From assembly GCA_002497075.1 (NCBI GenBank), contig DAML01000012.1, forward strand, positions 42,903 to 106,902: DNA of 64,000 bases. Direction: 5' to 3'. The first letter of the stretch is position 1. The number at the start of each line of letters is the position of its first letter. Source of the DNA: Methanomassiliicoccaceae archaeon UBA472 (GTDB taxonomy: Archaea; Thermoplasmatota; Thermoplasmata; Methanomassiliicoccales; UBA472). The translations under genes and the position numbers were made by a program. The notes below the pieces were generated by a model. That model saw nothing but the letters and a program-made list of their open reading frames with translations. It had not been told where the DNA came from and searched no databases. Shown one piece after another: positions 46,549 to 56,115 of the stretch.

Positions 46549-47441
46549 GCACGGCGGCGGATCCGGGACCTTTCCAGCCCTTTGAAGGAGATCACCACGA
46601 TAGCGAGCAGGATCAGCGAGCCCCCTATCATGGTGATCAGGTCCGGTCTCTCCCCCAGCAGAAGGAAGGAGAAGAACAGTCCGAAGACCATCTCCACCAG
46701 CAGTATGATCGACGTGGTGGTGGCCCCCAGGGACTTGAGGCCGACGTTATAGAGCATGAAGGCCACCGTGGTGCAGAATATGCCGGAGTACAGCGCCAAC
46801 GATATTCCGCCCGCGCCGACGGAATGATCGGCGGTCATGAACAGCCCGATCGGCACGGCGAACACCGCGGTCAGCAATATCATCGCCGAGGTGAAGTGCA
46901 CTAGTTCGTAACCTTTCTTCAGCTCCTTGGTGGTGAACACGATGTACATGGCCCAGGCCACTCCGGCCGTGAAGACCAGCAGATCGCCGATAAGACTTCC
47001 GCCGCCCAGCGTCGAGATGTCGCCCTTGGTGGCTATGAGCGCCACGCCGCCCATGCCCAGGACCAGCCCTGCGACCGTCCTCCGGTTCAGATGTTCCTTG
47101 AGGATGATCGCCGCCAGGACCGCCACTATCACCACGTTTATGTCGACCAGCAGCACGGTGTTGCTTGCTGTCGTGTACGTCAGGCCGACGTTCTGCAGGA
47201 TCAGGCCCGCCGCGTTGAGGAAAGCGATGCCCCACACGGCCTTGCTCTTGAAGATGGCATAATCGAACTTGTAAAGGAAGAAGATCGGCAGTATCGAGAT
47301 CGCCGAAACGAGGGACCGCATAGCCGAGAAGAGATAGGGGTCGGTCCCCTCCACTGCCAGCTTTCCGGCCACGAACGAGGTGCCCCATATCATGCCTGCC
47401 AGCAGCAGCAGGGCTTGGGTTCTGGGGGGTGCCTCGGCCAT
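46545..47441 (-). CDS. EamA/DMT-family transporter
   Basis: 10-TM pattern with two EamA-like halves. The TAG stop shares the CTAG with the convergent ACT gene. Confidence 0.8.
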   Translation of the reverse strand: MAEAPPRTQALLLLAGMIWGTSFVAGKLAVEGTDPYLFSAMRSLVSAISILPIFFLYKFDYAIFKSKAVWGIAFLNAAGLILQNVGLTYTTASNTVLLVDINVVIVAVLAAIILKEHLNRRTVAGLVLGMGGVALIATKGDISTLGGGSLIGDLLVFTAGVAWAMYIVFTTKELKKGYELVHFTSAMILLTAVFAVPIGLFMTADHSVGAGGISLALYSGIFCTTVAFMLYNVGLKSLGATTTSIILLVEMVFGLFFSFLLLGERPDLITMIGGSLILLAIVVISFKGLERSRIRRRA

Positions 47442-47472
47442 GTTCGCCCTCTATCCCATCCGAATATTTATC

Positions 47473-48507
47473 TCAGATGGAGGACCCGGCCTCCACGTTC
47501 GTTCCGGCCAGCACCGTTCCCTTGGAGACCGTGACGCCGTCGCCCAGAACGCAATCGCGCAGCGACGCACCGTCACCGACGTGGCATCCTTCGCCAATGA
47601 CGCAACCAAGGATCGAGGCGCCGTTCCCTACGAGCACCTTGTCCAGGAGAAGGCTCCTTTCGACCGTCCCCCTCAGAACGCAGCCGCGGCCTATTGCACT
47701 GTCCTTCACCGAAGCCGCCGACGCGGTGACGCCCGGCCCGAAGTAGCAGTTCCCTACCGCTAATGCTCCTGGCGGAGCCTGGGTCGAGGGGCGGCGGGAG
47801 GCCATGTCCATGTTCGCTAGATATAGATCGGAAGGCCTTCCTATGTCCTTCCAGTAGCCTTTCAGAGGGGTGGCGTACAATCCCCGCCTTTTCTCCAGCA
47901 TGTCCATGTAGAGGTTCCTGGAGAAGTCGTACTTGGTCCCCGCGGGGATCATCCGGAGAACCTCGGGTTCCAGAACGTACGTGCCGGCGTTGATCACCCG
48001 GGAGAACACCTCCTCGGTGCGCGGCTTCTCCTTGAACCGCTCGATCCTTCCCTCCGGCGATACGCCGACGATGCCGAACTGCTCCGGGTGCTCCACTTCG
48101 GTGAGTCCCATGGTGGCCTCCGCTTTTTTTCGGAGATGGAAGTCGATCAGGTCGCCAAGGTCAGCGTCCGTCAGCGTGTCCCCGCTGCCGACGACGAACG
48201 TCCCGTCCAGGCGGTCCTCCAGCAGCTTAACCGCCCCGGCGGTGCCCATCGGTTCCTTTTCGAACGCCATCTCGATCTCCACCCCGAAGCGGCCCCCTTC
48301 TCCCAACGCCTTTCGGACATCCTCGGAGCGATATCCACAGGCCAGGAACACCTGTTCGATGCCGGCTTCCGCCAGAGAACGGATGACGTACTCGATGCAA
48401 GGCACGCCGAGCACCGGCAGCAGCGGCTTCGGCCTGGTGGTCGTGAGCGGCCTCAGGCGGGTGCCTTCTCCTCCGGCCAGGATCACCGCCTGCTTCGCTC
48501 CGGCCAT
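47473..48507 (-). CDS. sugar-1-phosphate nucleotidyltransferase with C-terminal left-handed beta-helix
   Basis: AVILAGGEGTRLRPLTTTRPKPLLPV and C-terminal hexapeptide repeats. The ATG overlaps the upstream stop (TGATG). Confidence 0.88.
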   Translation of the reverse strand: MAGAKQAVILAGGEGTRLRPLTTTRPKPLLPVLGVPCIEYVIRSLAEAGIEQVFLACGYRSEDVRKALGEGGRFGVEIEMAFEKEPMGTAGAVKLLEDRLDGTFVVGSGDTLTDADLGDLIDFHLRKKAEATMGLTEVEHPEQFGIVGVSPEGRIERFKEKPRTEEVFSRVINAGTYVLEPEVLRMIPAGTKYDFSRNLYMDMLEKRRGLYATPLKGYWKDIGRPSDLYLANMDMASRRPSTQAPPGALAVGNCYFGPGVTASAASVKDSAIGRGCVLRGTVERSLLLDKVLVGNGASILGCVIGEGCHVGDGASLRDCVLGDGVTVSKGTVLAGTNVEAGSSI

Positions 48508-49379
48508 CAGGCACCCCGCTCGAACACCCTGATCACGTTGCGGTCCTTCTTGGACCCGATGGCCTTGGCCACCGGATGGCACTTGCTGCGCAGGAGGTGG
48601 GCTATTGGCTTGATGTCGGTATCGGAGAGCGCCTCGAAGTTGGCCATGCCCTTGGCGATGATCAGATCGGCCCTTTGGAACGCTTCTTTTAGGGCCTCTG
48701 GCGCGCGGTCCAGGTCCAGACCGATGGCGAACACGCCAGTGGTCAGGCCTGCGTCCAGAACCTTGTCCGCCCCGGACAAGGACAGGTCCTCCCAGGTGGC
48801 GTCCGTGATGATCGGCTCGCCCTTCACCACCCCGGTCACCTTCAGGCCCATGGCCTTCAGCTCCCGGAGCAGGGGGATGTCCAGAACGATCTCGCCGCAG
48901 TTGTCGAAGAGATAGAGCACCTCCTTGGCCCCCTGCAGCAGTTCCCGCAGACGCCCCAGGTCGTTCGGTTCCGGCTCCTGGGAGACCAGGGACTCAAAGG
49001 TGTGCCTGAGCTCGTCCGGGCTCTCGAACCCCCCGATGCCGAAGTCCATGACGTTGCCGGCGATAGCCACCAGGATGGCGGTCTTCAGTCGGTCCCGGGA
49101 ACCCTCCACCAGCTCCTCCGCCCTCGGGAGCAGCGAGGCGGCCACCCGGTTGGCCTCCGCCTTCAGCTCCGCGTAGGGGTCGCTCACCTCCAGCATGTCG
49201 TACGAGAGCCGGTGCACCTTGGTGGCCAAGGCCGCCGAGTTTATGCCTGGTCTCCATTCCTCCGCCACCAGGCGCAGGCAGGATGACATGACGTTCTCCT
49301 CTTTGCAAGGGTCGACCAGCCTGGTCTGGAACAGTATACGGCGCAGGAGGCAGGGAGCGCACTCGGCGGAGAAATCCAT
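48507..49379 (-). CDS. DUF89 / ARMT1-like damage-control phosphatase family protein
   Basis: FDNCGEIVLD and AKGMANFEAL motifs, typical of DUF89 as I recall it. Start at ATG 49379; the rest of the 461-aa track ORF is antisense to cdc48. Confidence 0.7.
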   Translation of the reverse strand: MDFSAECAPCLLRRILFQTRLVDPCKEENVMSSCLRLVAEEWRPGINSAALATKVHRLSYDMLEVSDPYAELKAEANRVAASLLPRAEELVEGSRDRLKTAILVAIAGNVMDFGIGGFESPDELRHTFESLVSQEPEPNDLGRLRELLQGAKEVLYLFDNCGEIVLDIPLLRELKAMGLKVTGVVKGEPIITDATWEDLSLSGADKVLDAGLTTGVFAIGLDLDRAPEALKEAFQRADLIIAKGMANFEALSDTDIKPIAHLLRSKCHPVAKAIGSKKDRNVIRVFERGA

Positions 49380-49467
49380 GAGCGGGGGAAGTGAGGGTGC
49401 GCTATTATTCCTTTCGCAGATCTGATGCAAACTTAATATCCAGAGAACAGATTCGACCTTGATACTT

Positions 49468-51675
49468 ATGGCAGAGTCCGTTCTTCTCCGCGTGGCAAAG
49501 GCCCAATCCCAGACCGAGGTGGGCCTGGGCCGGGCCCGGCTTGACATGAAGACCCGCAAGGAGCTGGGGGTCGACGCAGGCCAGATCATCGAGATCACCG
49601 GAAAGAAGATGACCGTGGCCAGGGTGTTCCGGGCCCAGCAGGAGGACGAGGGCAAGGACATAATCCGCATAGACGGCGTCCTGCGCTCCAACGCCGGGGT
49701 TTCCATTGGAGAAAGGGTCACCGTGGCCAGGGCGGACCCCCAGCTGGCCAGCAAGGTCGTCCTGGCGCCGGCGATCTCCCAGAAGAAGCGCGTGAACAAC
49801 GTCAGCTTCGGCGCGGGAACGGACGAGCTGGTGCGCAAAGGCTTGCTCGGACGGCCCTTGGTCAAGGGCGACGAGATCATGATACCCAACATGGCCTGGG
49901 GAATGAGCCCTGCCCCTTACATGGTCGCCTCGACCGTCCCGAGCGGGGTGGTCACGGTCGCCGAGCACACCGAGATGGTCGTGCGGTCGGAGGCCTCCGA
50001 GGAGAAGGACACCTTCGTTCCGTCGATAACCTATGACGACATCGGCGGTCTGGACGAGGTGCTGCAGCGCATCCGGGAGATGATCGAGCTGCCCCTGAAG
50101 CACCCGGAGCTGTTCGACCGTCTGGGCATAGACGCCCCCAAGGGAGTGCTGCTTTACGGCCCTCCGGGCACAGGAAAGACGCTGCTGGCCAAGGCGGTCG
50201 CCAACGAATCCGGAGCTTCGTTCTACTCCATCCTGGGGCCGGAGATCATGTCCAAGTGGTACGGGGGCAGCGAGGAGAACCTGCGGGAGAAGTTCGACGA
50301 GGCGTCCAAGAACGCCCCGTCCATCATATTCATCGACGAGATAGATTCCATAGCCCCCAAGAGGGACGATTCCATTCACGAGGCGGAGCGCCGGGTCGTC
50401 GCCCAGCTCCTGACGCTCATGGACGGCATGGCCGACCGCGGACAGGTGATCGTCATCGGCGCGACCAACCGACAGGATGCTCTGGACCCGGCGCTGCGCC
50501 GTCCCGGCCGTTTCGACCGGGAGATAGAGGTCGGGGTGCCGTCCTTCCAGGGGAGGAAGGAGATACTGCAGATCCACACCCGGGGCATGCCATTGGATGA
50601 GAACGTCAGCCTGGACCAGTACGCTCACGTCACCCACGGCTTCGCCGGGGCGGACCTTTCCGCACTGGCGCGCGAGGCGGCCATGAAATGCCTGGGGCGG
50701 TTCGTCCCCAACATGGACCTGGACAGCGCCATCCCTCAGGACATCCTATCCCAGATGAAGGTGACCGCGGAGGACTTCGACGCCGCGCTCAAGGAGATCG
50801 AACCGTCGGCCCTGCGAGAGGTCATGGTCGAGGTGCCTAACATAGGCTGGAGCGACATAGGCGGCCTGGAGGAGGTCAAGAGGCAGCTCAAGGAGATGGT
50901 GGAGATGCCCATGGACAACCCCGACGCCTTCAAGCGCATGGGCATAAGGCCGTCCCAGGGCGTACTCCTCTATGGGCCGCCTGGGACAGGCAAGACGTTG
51001 TTGGCCAAGGCGGTGGCCAACGAATCGAACGCCAACTTCATCAGCATCAAGGGCCCGGAGATCATGTCCAAATGGTACGGGGAGAGCGAGAAGGCCGTGC
51101 GTGAGATATTCAAGAAGGCGAAGCAGGTGGCCCCGTCCATAGTGTTCCTGGACGAGATCGACGCCATCGCCCCGCGCCGCGGGGTGTACGAGGGTTCGAA
51201 GGGATACGATACCTTGGTCAACCAGCTGCTCACGTCGCTCGACGGCCTGACGGCCAGGGAGGGAGTGACCGTCATCGCCGCCACCAACCGCCCGGACATC
51301 ATCGATCCAGCTCTTTTACGCCCTGGCCGTTTCGACCGCTTGATATTCGTCCCCGTCCCTGACGCCCCGGCCCGGAGGGCCATACTGCAGGTGCACACCA
51401 GGGTCATGCCGTTGAAGGACGTCAATGTCGAGGACCTGGTCTCCAGGACCGAGGGATTCGTTGGCGCGGACCTCGAGAACCTGTGCCGGGAGGCGGCCAT
51501 GGCCGCCCTGCGGGAGGATAAGGACATCGCGGCGGTGGAGATGAGACACTTCGAGGCGGCCTTCAAGAACGCCCGGCCTTCGGTGGACAAGGAATCCGCG
51601 AAGACGTACGACATGCTGAGCAAGAACCTTCACAAGGCCCGGGGCGGGATCGACGACCTGGGAATATTCAGGTAG
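49468..51675 (+). CDS. cdc48: Cdc48/VCP-like AAA+ ATPase
   Basis: N-domain (RVAKAQSQTEVGLGRARLD...), two AAA modules each with GPPGTGKT, and a C-terminal ...LGIFR. ATG 49468 (track TTG 49459). TAG stop. Confidence 0.95.
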   Translation: MAESVLLRVAKAQSQTEVGLGRARLDMKTRKELGVDAGQIIEITGKKMTVARVFRAQQEDEGKDIIRIDGVLRSNAGVSIGERVTVARADPQLASKVVLAPAISQKKRVNNVSFGAGTDELVRKGLLGRPLVKGDEIMIPNMAWGMSPAPYMVASTVPSGVVTVAEHTEMVVRSEASEEKDTFVPSITYDDIGGLDEVLQRIREMIELPLKHPELFDRLGIDAPKGVLLYGPPGTGKTLLAKAVANESGASFYSILGPEIMSKWYGGSEENLREKFDEASKNAPSIIFIDEIDSIAPKRDDSIHEAERRVVAQLLTLMDGMADRGQVIVIGATNRQDALDPALRRPGRFDREIEVGVPSFQGRKEILQIHTRGMPLDENVSLDQYAHVTHGFAGADLSALAREAAMKCLGRFVPNMDLDSAIPQDILSQMKVTAEDFDAALKEIEPSALREVMVEVPNIGWSDIGGLEEVKRQLKEMVEMPMDNPDAFKRMGIRPSQGVLLYGPPGTGKTLLAKAVANESNANFISIKGPEIMSKWYGESEKAVREIFKKAKQVAPSIVFLDEIDAIAPRRGVYEGSKGYDTLVNQLLTSLDGLTAREGVTVIAATNRPDIIDPALLRPGRFDRLIFVPVPDAPARRAILQVHTRVMPLKDVNVEDLVSRTEGFVGADLENLCREAAMAALREDKDIAAVEMRHFEAAFKNARPSVDKESAKTYDMLSKNLHKARGGIDDLGIFR

Positions 51676-51683
51676 GTGCAATC

Positions 51684-52247
51684 ATGGTAAAAGTATTGAA
51701 ACCAAAAGGCCAGATCAAGAGAATAGACGGTTTTAAGGCCGAGCCGGCCAAAGCTCCAGAGAAGAAGGTCGAGTTCGACCAGAGGGAGGAGAGCCTGCGC
51801 ACCTTGTCCCAGTTCTTCCTGGGGGAGATGGACCTTAAGATGCGGATGCGGCAGATGTCCTTGGCCACCGGCAAGGAGCCGCAGGAGTGGGTGGCCACTC
51901 TGGAGATACTAAAGGACAACGTCATCAAAACGGAGCATCCCGACCTCAAACTGAAGATGTACCAGGGGATGGTTGACCTGCTGGCCAAGGTCGGTCAGAA
52001 GGAGGACCTTTTCGTGATACAGCAGATCATAGCCCGCTACAACCTGAAGTCCTTCAAGGACATAGGCTTCGAGAGGGTCGAGGTGGATGTCGCCAAGGAC
52101 GCCTGTCCGGTGTGCAAGAAGATGGCCGGGAAGAAGTTCAGGATCGATGAGGCCATGGAGACCATGCCCATTCCCTGCCATGATTGCAGCACCGAGGTGG
52201 ACGCTGTAAAAGGGTACTGCCGATGCCGCTACTACGCGGTGTTCTGA
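51684..52247 (+). CDS. hypothetical protein with C-terminal Cys cluster, 8 nt downstream of cdc48
   Basis: 187 aa. Basic N-terminus, helical middle, then C-terminal CPVCKKMAGKKF...PIPCHDCS...GYCRCRYYAVF. Confidence 0.55.
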   Translation: MVKVLKPKGQIKRIDGFKAEPAKAPEKKVEFDQREESLRTLSQFFLGEMDLKMRMRQMSLATGKEPQEWVATLEILKDNVIKTEHPDLKLKMYQGMVDLLAKVGQKEDLFVIQQIIARYNLKSFKDIGFERVEVDVAKDACPVCKKMAGKKFRIDEAMETMPIPCHDCSTEVDAVKGYCRCRYYAVF

Positions 52248-52332
52248 GGTGTCCAGACTAGCATCCTATAAACCTATAAATACGCTCAATCTCATGCGAT
52301 AGTCTATCGGACCATCTGTTTGGGGTGCGCAA

Positions 52333-52575
52333 ATGAGGAAGTTCATAACCGAGCTGAAAGGAAAGACGGTCATGACCAACGACGGTCAGATCCTGGGCAT
52401 GATAGACAACTTCGTGGTCGACACCGTCACCGGGGAGATCAACCATGTGCTGGTGGTCCCTGCCGAGGAGATCGACAGCCGTCTGTTCCGCACTGACAGC
52501 CACGGCCGCCTGGTCCTGCCCTTCAGCGAGATGAAGGATGTTCGTGACGTTGTGGTCATGAGCATCTCCCGCTAG
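52333..52575 (+). CDS. PRC-barrel domain protein
   Basis: LKGKTVMTNDGQILGMIDNFVVDTVTGEINHVLV pattern; 80 aa. TAG stop. Confidence 0.8.
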   Translation: MRKFITELKGKTVMTNDGQILGMIDNFVVDTVTGEINHVLVVPAEEIDSRLFRTDSHGRLVLPFSEMKDVRDVVVMSISR

Positions 52576-52633
52576 ACCTCCAACCCCTTACTTTTACTCC
52601 ATATTTTGTTCTGGCAGCTCTGGCTGTCCTCCG

Positions 52634-55324
52634 TCACCTCTTGGCCAACACCTTGGTGCGATCGGCCCCGGTTTGCGCCTCGCGGAATCCCGGGCTCTTG
52701 GCCAGGGCGTCCTGGTACAGGCTCAGCGCCCACCTGTACTGACCCTCGCCTTCGGCGATCACGGCCAGCATGTAAAGCACGTCCGCGCTCTCCTCCATCT
52801 TAAGGGCGGAGGTCAGGCTGTCCTTGGCGGCGGCGGTGTCGCCAAGGGCCATCTGCACGTTGCTCAGGTTCAGCAGGTACTCCGGACGGCGGTCCTCGTC
52901 CGCGGCGGCCTTGAAGACCTCCAGGGCCTCCTCGTACTTTCCGGAAGCGAAGAGCGTGCAGCCTATGTTGTTCATGGCGTCGGAGTGGTGCGGATCCACC
53001 TCCAACGCGAGCCTCATCAGGTGTATCGCCTGGTCGTAATCGTACTCCCCCATGAAGCGCATGCAGACCCCGATGTTGCTCAAGCCCTCGGGGTAGGCAG
53101 GGAAGTCGGAGATCAGGGGCTTAAGGAGCTTGGACGCCTCCCGATATCGTCCGAGACGGACCAGCGCAAGGGACTTGGACAGCCGGACGGGCAGGCCCCC
53201 CTTCTTAACGTCCAAACGCGACAGTTCGTTATACCTCTGCTTTTCCAGTAATTCCAAAGCGCGGCGGGACTGCGATTCCTGGCAGTGTAGGGACTGCAGC
53301 AGCTTCCCGCCCTCTCCTCCGAAACGGTGGAACATCGCCTCCAGGTCCAAAGTGGTCCGGGCGTCGTTCGGAGAGTGCCTCAGCGCTTCCTTCAGGGCTT
53401 CGGCCGCTTCCTCTCCACGGTTGAGGGACAGGAGCGCCCGAGCCTTGAGCCGGAGCAGCTCCGGGTCGGCCCCCTCGCTCAAAGCCAGATCGCAAATGCT
53501 GACGGCCTTCTCGTACTTTCTTCCAGCTAGAAGCAATAATGCCTCCTGCTTGGACCTCTCGTCCTGCTCTGTGGAAAGCGGGGGCAGTGACACCTCGTAC
53601 GGCCAATCCTTCTTGACGATGGTCTGATCTTCAAAGACCTCGGCGACCTCTTCAACGGTCGCCTCCTTGCCCTCGCTCGGCTCCTCAAGCGTTCCGCTCG
53701 GACCGGCCGGCGGCTCAATGGCCAGGGGACCGTTCTGGAACTGGGCGGGCAATGCGGCCTTGGGTACCACCTCCAACTTCCCGGGTTCCTCTTTGGCGAT
53801 GAGCGCCATCCTTGCCGGCACCTCCGTCAGGGGCATCGCCTCCGGGACGGTTTCCACGGAAACATCGGTTTCCTTTACCTGCAGGGACACGTCCTCCGGG
53901 AGCTCGGCGGGAAGCCCTGGTTCCTGAACCAATTCCAACGCCACCTCTTCCTCCGCGGCCTGAACGGATAGCTGTTCCTGGGGAGCGGGCTCCTCGGCCG
54001 TGACGTCGCTTTCAGCGGTCCCCTCGGTCACATCTTCTTCGACCGATGGCCTCTCCTCGGCGGGGACGGTCTCTTGCTCCTCCTCGACGTGCAATTGTGA
54101 CGCCAGGTCGTCCCTTTCCCGCCGCACCTGTTCCAGCTCCGGCTCCAGCGTCAGCGCCTGATCGAACGCGGTGAGGGCGTCCTCGAACTCGCCAGTGGCC
54201 TTTAGGCAGGTGCCCAGGTGAGCCCAGATATCCGCTCGGGAATCGACGAGCCGCAGCACGCCCTTCCATCCTTCGACCGCTCCAGGCATATCCCCCCGCT
54301 CCTCGCGCAGGCGGGCGATGTTGATCAGGGGGTCCTCGAGGTCCGGATCCAATGCGTGGGCCTTCTCGAAGGACGCCTGCGCTTCCAGCAGCTTACCCAT
54401 GCTCTTGAGCGCCAGTCCGCGGTTGTTCCAGCCGCGGGGCTCCTGGGGATAGCGGTGAACGATGTCGTTGAAGACCTTAAGCGCCCATTCCAGGCGGCCC
54501 ATCTCGTATAACGTCGCTCCTTTGTTCAGCATCGCCGGGGCGTGACCGGGGTTGATGCGCAGCACGTTGTCGTAAGCGGCCAGTTCTCGCTCCCGGTCGC
54601 CGAGCTGATTATGGATCAGGGCGATGGTGAACCATGTTCCCGCGTCCCCTGGACGAAGTTCGGCGGCCTTGTTCGCCGCTGCCAACGCCTCGGCTCCCCT
54701 GCCCATCTCCGAGAGGTAGCTGGCCTTCTTCAGCCAGATGGAGTCGTTCAAAGGCTTGATCTGCAATGCCTGGTCCAAGATCCGGACGGCGGTGGAGCGG
54801 TCCCCCTTCTTCCGCCTCTGCTCCGCCTCCTCCAGCAGCTCCTCGAGCTTGCACACCGACGGCAAACAGGTGTCGCCACGGGCCTCCAGCACCTTGAGGT
54901 CCTCCTTGATCGTGAGCTGCTCGTCCAGTCCGTACTTTTTCAGGAGGGACAGGAAGCGGCTGGCGTCAGCGAACGAGACCTCCTCGTTCTCCAGCAGATT
55001 GAGGGTGCCAGGGTCCAGCTCCTGCAGGGACATGAACACCGGGACCCGCCCGTCGTTCTTGGCGTCCTGGACCAGGGAGCGTACCACCAGCTCCGGGTCG
55101 GAGAACCCGGTGCGCGAGGCCAGTACCAGGTATGGCACCTCGCCCTGCCCGTGTATGACCAGGGCGCTCTGCTGCTCCCGCGCCGATTGCACGCGGACGC
55201 CCATTCCGCCCAAGAGCGATATCATCAGGTCGCGGTACTCCTGAACGCCGAGGTTGCGCACCGCTTCCAGCAGGCGTCCCCTCTCGTTCTGGTCCAGCTT
55301 TTCGGAGAGATCGGTCACTGGCAT
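52634..55324 (-). CDS. large TPR-repeat protein with Mrr-like (apparently non-catalytic) N-terminal domain
   Basis: The N-terminal ~130 aa align by eye to the restriction-endonuclease Mrr_cat pattern but lack the D...(Q/E)xK residues. Two blocks of TPR-like repeats are separated by about 190 aa of acidic/Pro-rich linker. Confidence 0.7.
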   Translation of the reverse strand: MPVTDLSEKLDQNERGRLLEAVRNLGVQEYRDLMISLLGGMGVRVQSAREQQSALVIHGQGEVPYLVLASRTGFSDPELVVRSLVQDAKNDGRVPVFMSLQELDPGTLNLLENEEVSFADASRFLSLLKKYGLDEQLTIKEDLKVLEARGDTCLPSVCKLEELLEEAEQRRKKGDRSTAVRILDQALQIKPLNDSIWLKKASYLSEMGRGAEALAAANKAAELRPGDAGTWFTIALIHNQLGDRERELAAYDNVLRINPGHAPAMLNKGATLYEMGRLEWALKVFNDIVHRYPQEPRGWNNRGLALKSMGKLLEAQASFEKAHALDPDLEDPLINIARLREERGDMPGAVEGWKGVLRLVDSRADIWAHLGTCLKATGEFEDALTAFDQALTLEPELEQVRRERDDLASQLHVEEEQETVPAEERPSVEEDVTEGTAESDVTAEEPAPQEQLSVQAAEEEVALELVQEPGLPAELPEDVSLQVKETDVSVETVPEAMPLTEVPARMALIAKEEPGKLEVVPKAALPAQFQNGPLAIEPPAGPSGTLEEPSEGKEATVEEVAEVFEDQTIVKKDWPYEVSLPPLSTEQDERSKQEALLLLAGRKYEKAVSICDLALSEGADPELLRLKARALLSLNRGEEAAEALKEALRHSPNDARTTLDLEAMFHRFGGEGGKLLQSLHCQESQSRRALELLEKQRYNELSRLDVKKGGLPVRLSKSLALVRLGRYREASKLLKPLISDFPAYPEGLSNIGVCMRFMGEYDYDQAIHLMRLALEVDPHHSDAMNNIGCTLFASGKYEEALEVFKAAADEDRRPEYLLNLSNVQMALGDTAAAKDSLTSALKMEESADVLYMLAVIAEGEGQYRWALSLYQDALAKSPGFREAQTGADRTKVLAKR

Positions 55325-56088
55325 CCCCTCCTCAGGCGCAAAATGGATTCCTGCAGGTCATCGGTCATGGCGACCGTCTCGGCGGCCTCGTCCTCCCGCC
55401 CCATGTCCCAGTAGACCTTGGCCAGTTGCATTCGGCTTCCGTCGTCGACCGCGGCCGATCTTAGCTCACCGAGCCCTTCGCCGTCCCCTCCCCAGATCCT
55501 GAGCACTGCCGTATTGCTCCTGGATATCGGAGCCAGCTCCGGCACCGCTGCGGCCCGGAGGTAAAGCGCTAAGGCCCGGGCGGCCCGGTCGCGGAAGATC
55601 TCCTTTCTAACGTCGTCACCCAACGGTAATCGGGATATGTCCCTGGCGCTCAGCGCCAGCAGGTTGCCGAGGCGCAGCAGCGCCCGGCCCCATCTCTCCC
55701 CCTGGTAGTCCACCCGGTCTGGGATGCTCAACAGTTCCTTGACCTGGGGTCGCATCGGCAGCTGCTCATCCCCCATGAGATGTAACCCGACCCCCATGCC
55801 TGCCAGGTAGTGGTCCAGCACCGTGGGGAGATGAGAGCGGTCCTCGGCCTGCAACGTCCTCTCCACCAGAAGATAGGGATCGCTCCCTTTCCGAAGAAGC
55901 ACCTCCCCCTGTGAACTGGGACCGATGCGCATGCAGGCGCTCCTGATGCCCAGGGAGCGCAGGTCGGACCTGGGGTCCACCGACCAATCCCTCAGGAAGA
56001 GTTCCTCTCTGACCATCTCAACGCAAGCCGAGCAAACCATGGCCCCTTCGGTCGAAGCGGCGCCGCAGAACGTGCATACCATACGCAT
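55315..56088 (-). CDS. hypothetical protein with N-terminal zinc ribbon and helical-repeat body
   Basis: CTFCG-x9-CSAC at the N-terminus. Its 3' end overlaps the TPR gene start by 10 nt. Confidence 0.55.
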   Translation of the reverse strand: MRMVCTFCGAASTEGAMVCSACVEMVREELFLRDWSVDPRSDLRSLGIRSACMRIGPSSQGEVLLRKGSDPYLLVERTLQAEDRSHLPTVLDHYLAGMGVGLHLMGDEQLPMRPQVKELLSIPDRVDYQGERWGRALLRLGNLLALSARDISRLPLGDDVRKEIFRDRAARALALYLRAAAVPELAPISRSNTAVLRIWGGDGEGLGELRSAAVDDGSRMQLAKVYWDMGREDEAAETVAMTDDLQESILRLRRGCQ

Positions 56089-56115
56089 CCCTGGGGGGAT
56101 ATTGGCCGTCGGGGA

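Noticed and set aside
49405-50637. 410-aa minus-strand ORF, and the N-terminal 171 aa of the 461-aa ORF 48507..49892
   Set aside because: Both are antisense or alternate-frame to cdc48. The real DUF89-like gene starts at ATG 49379, and the upstream part has junk-like composition.
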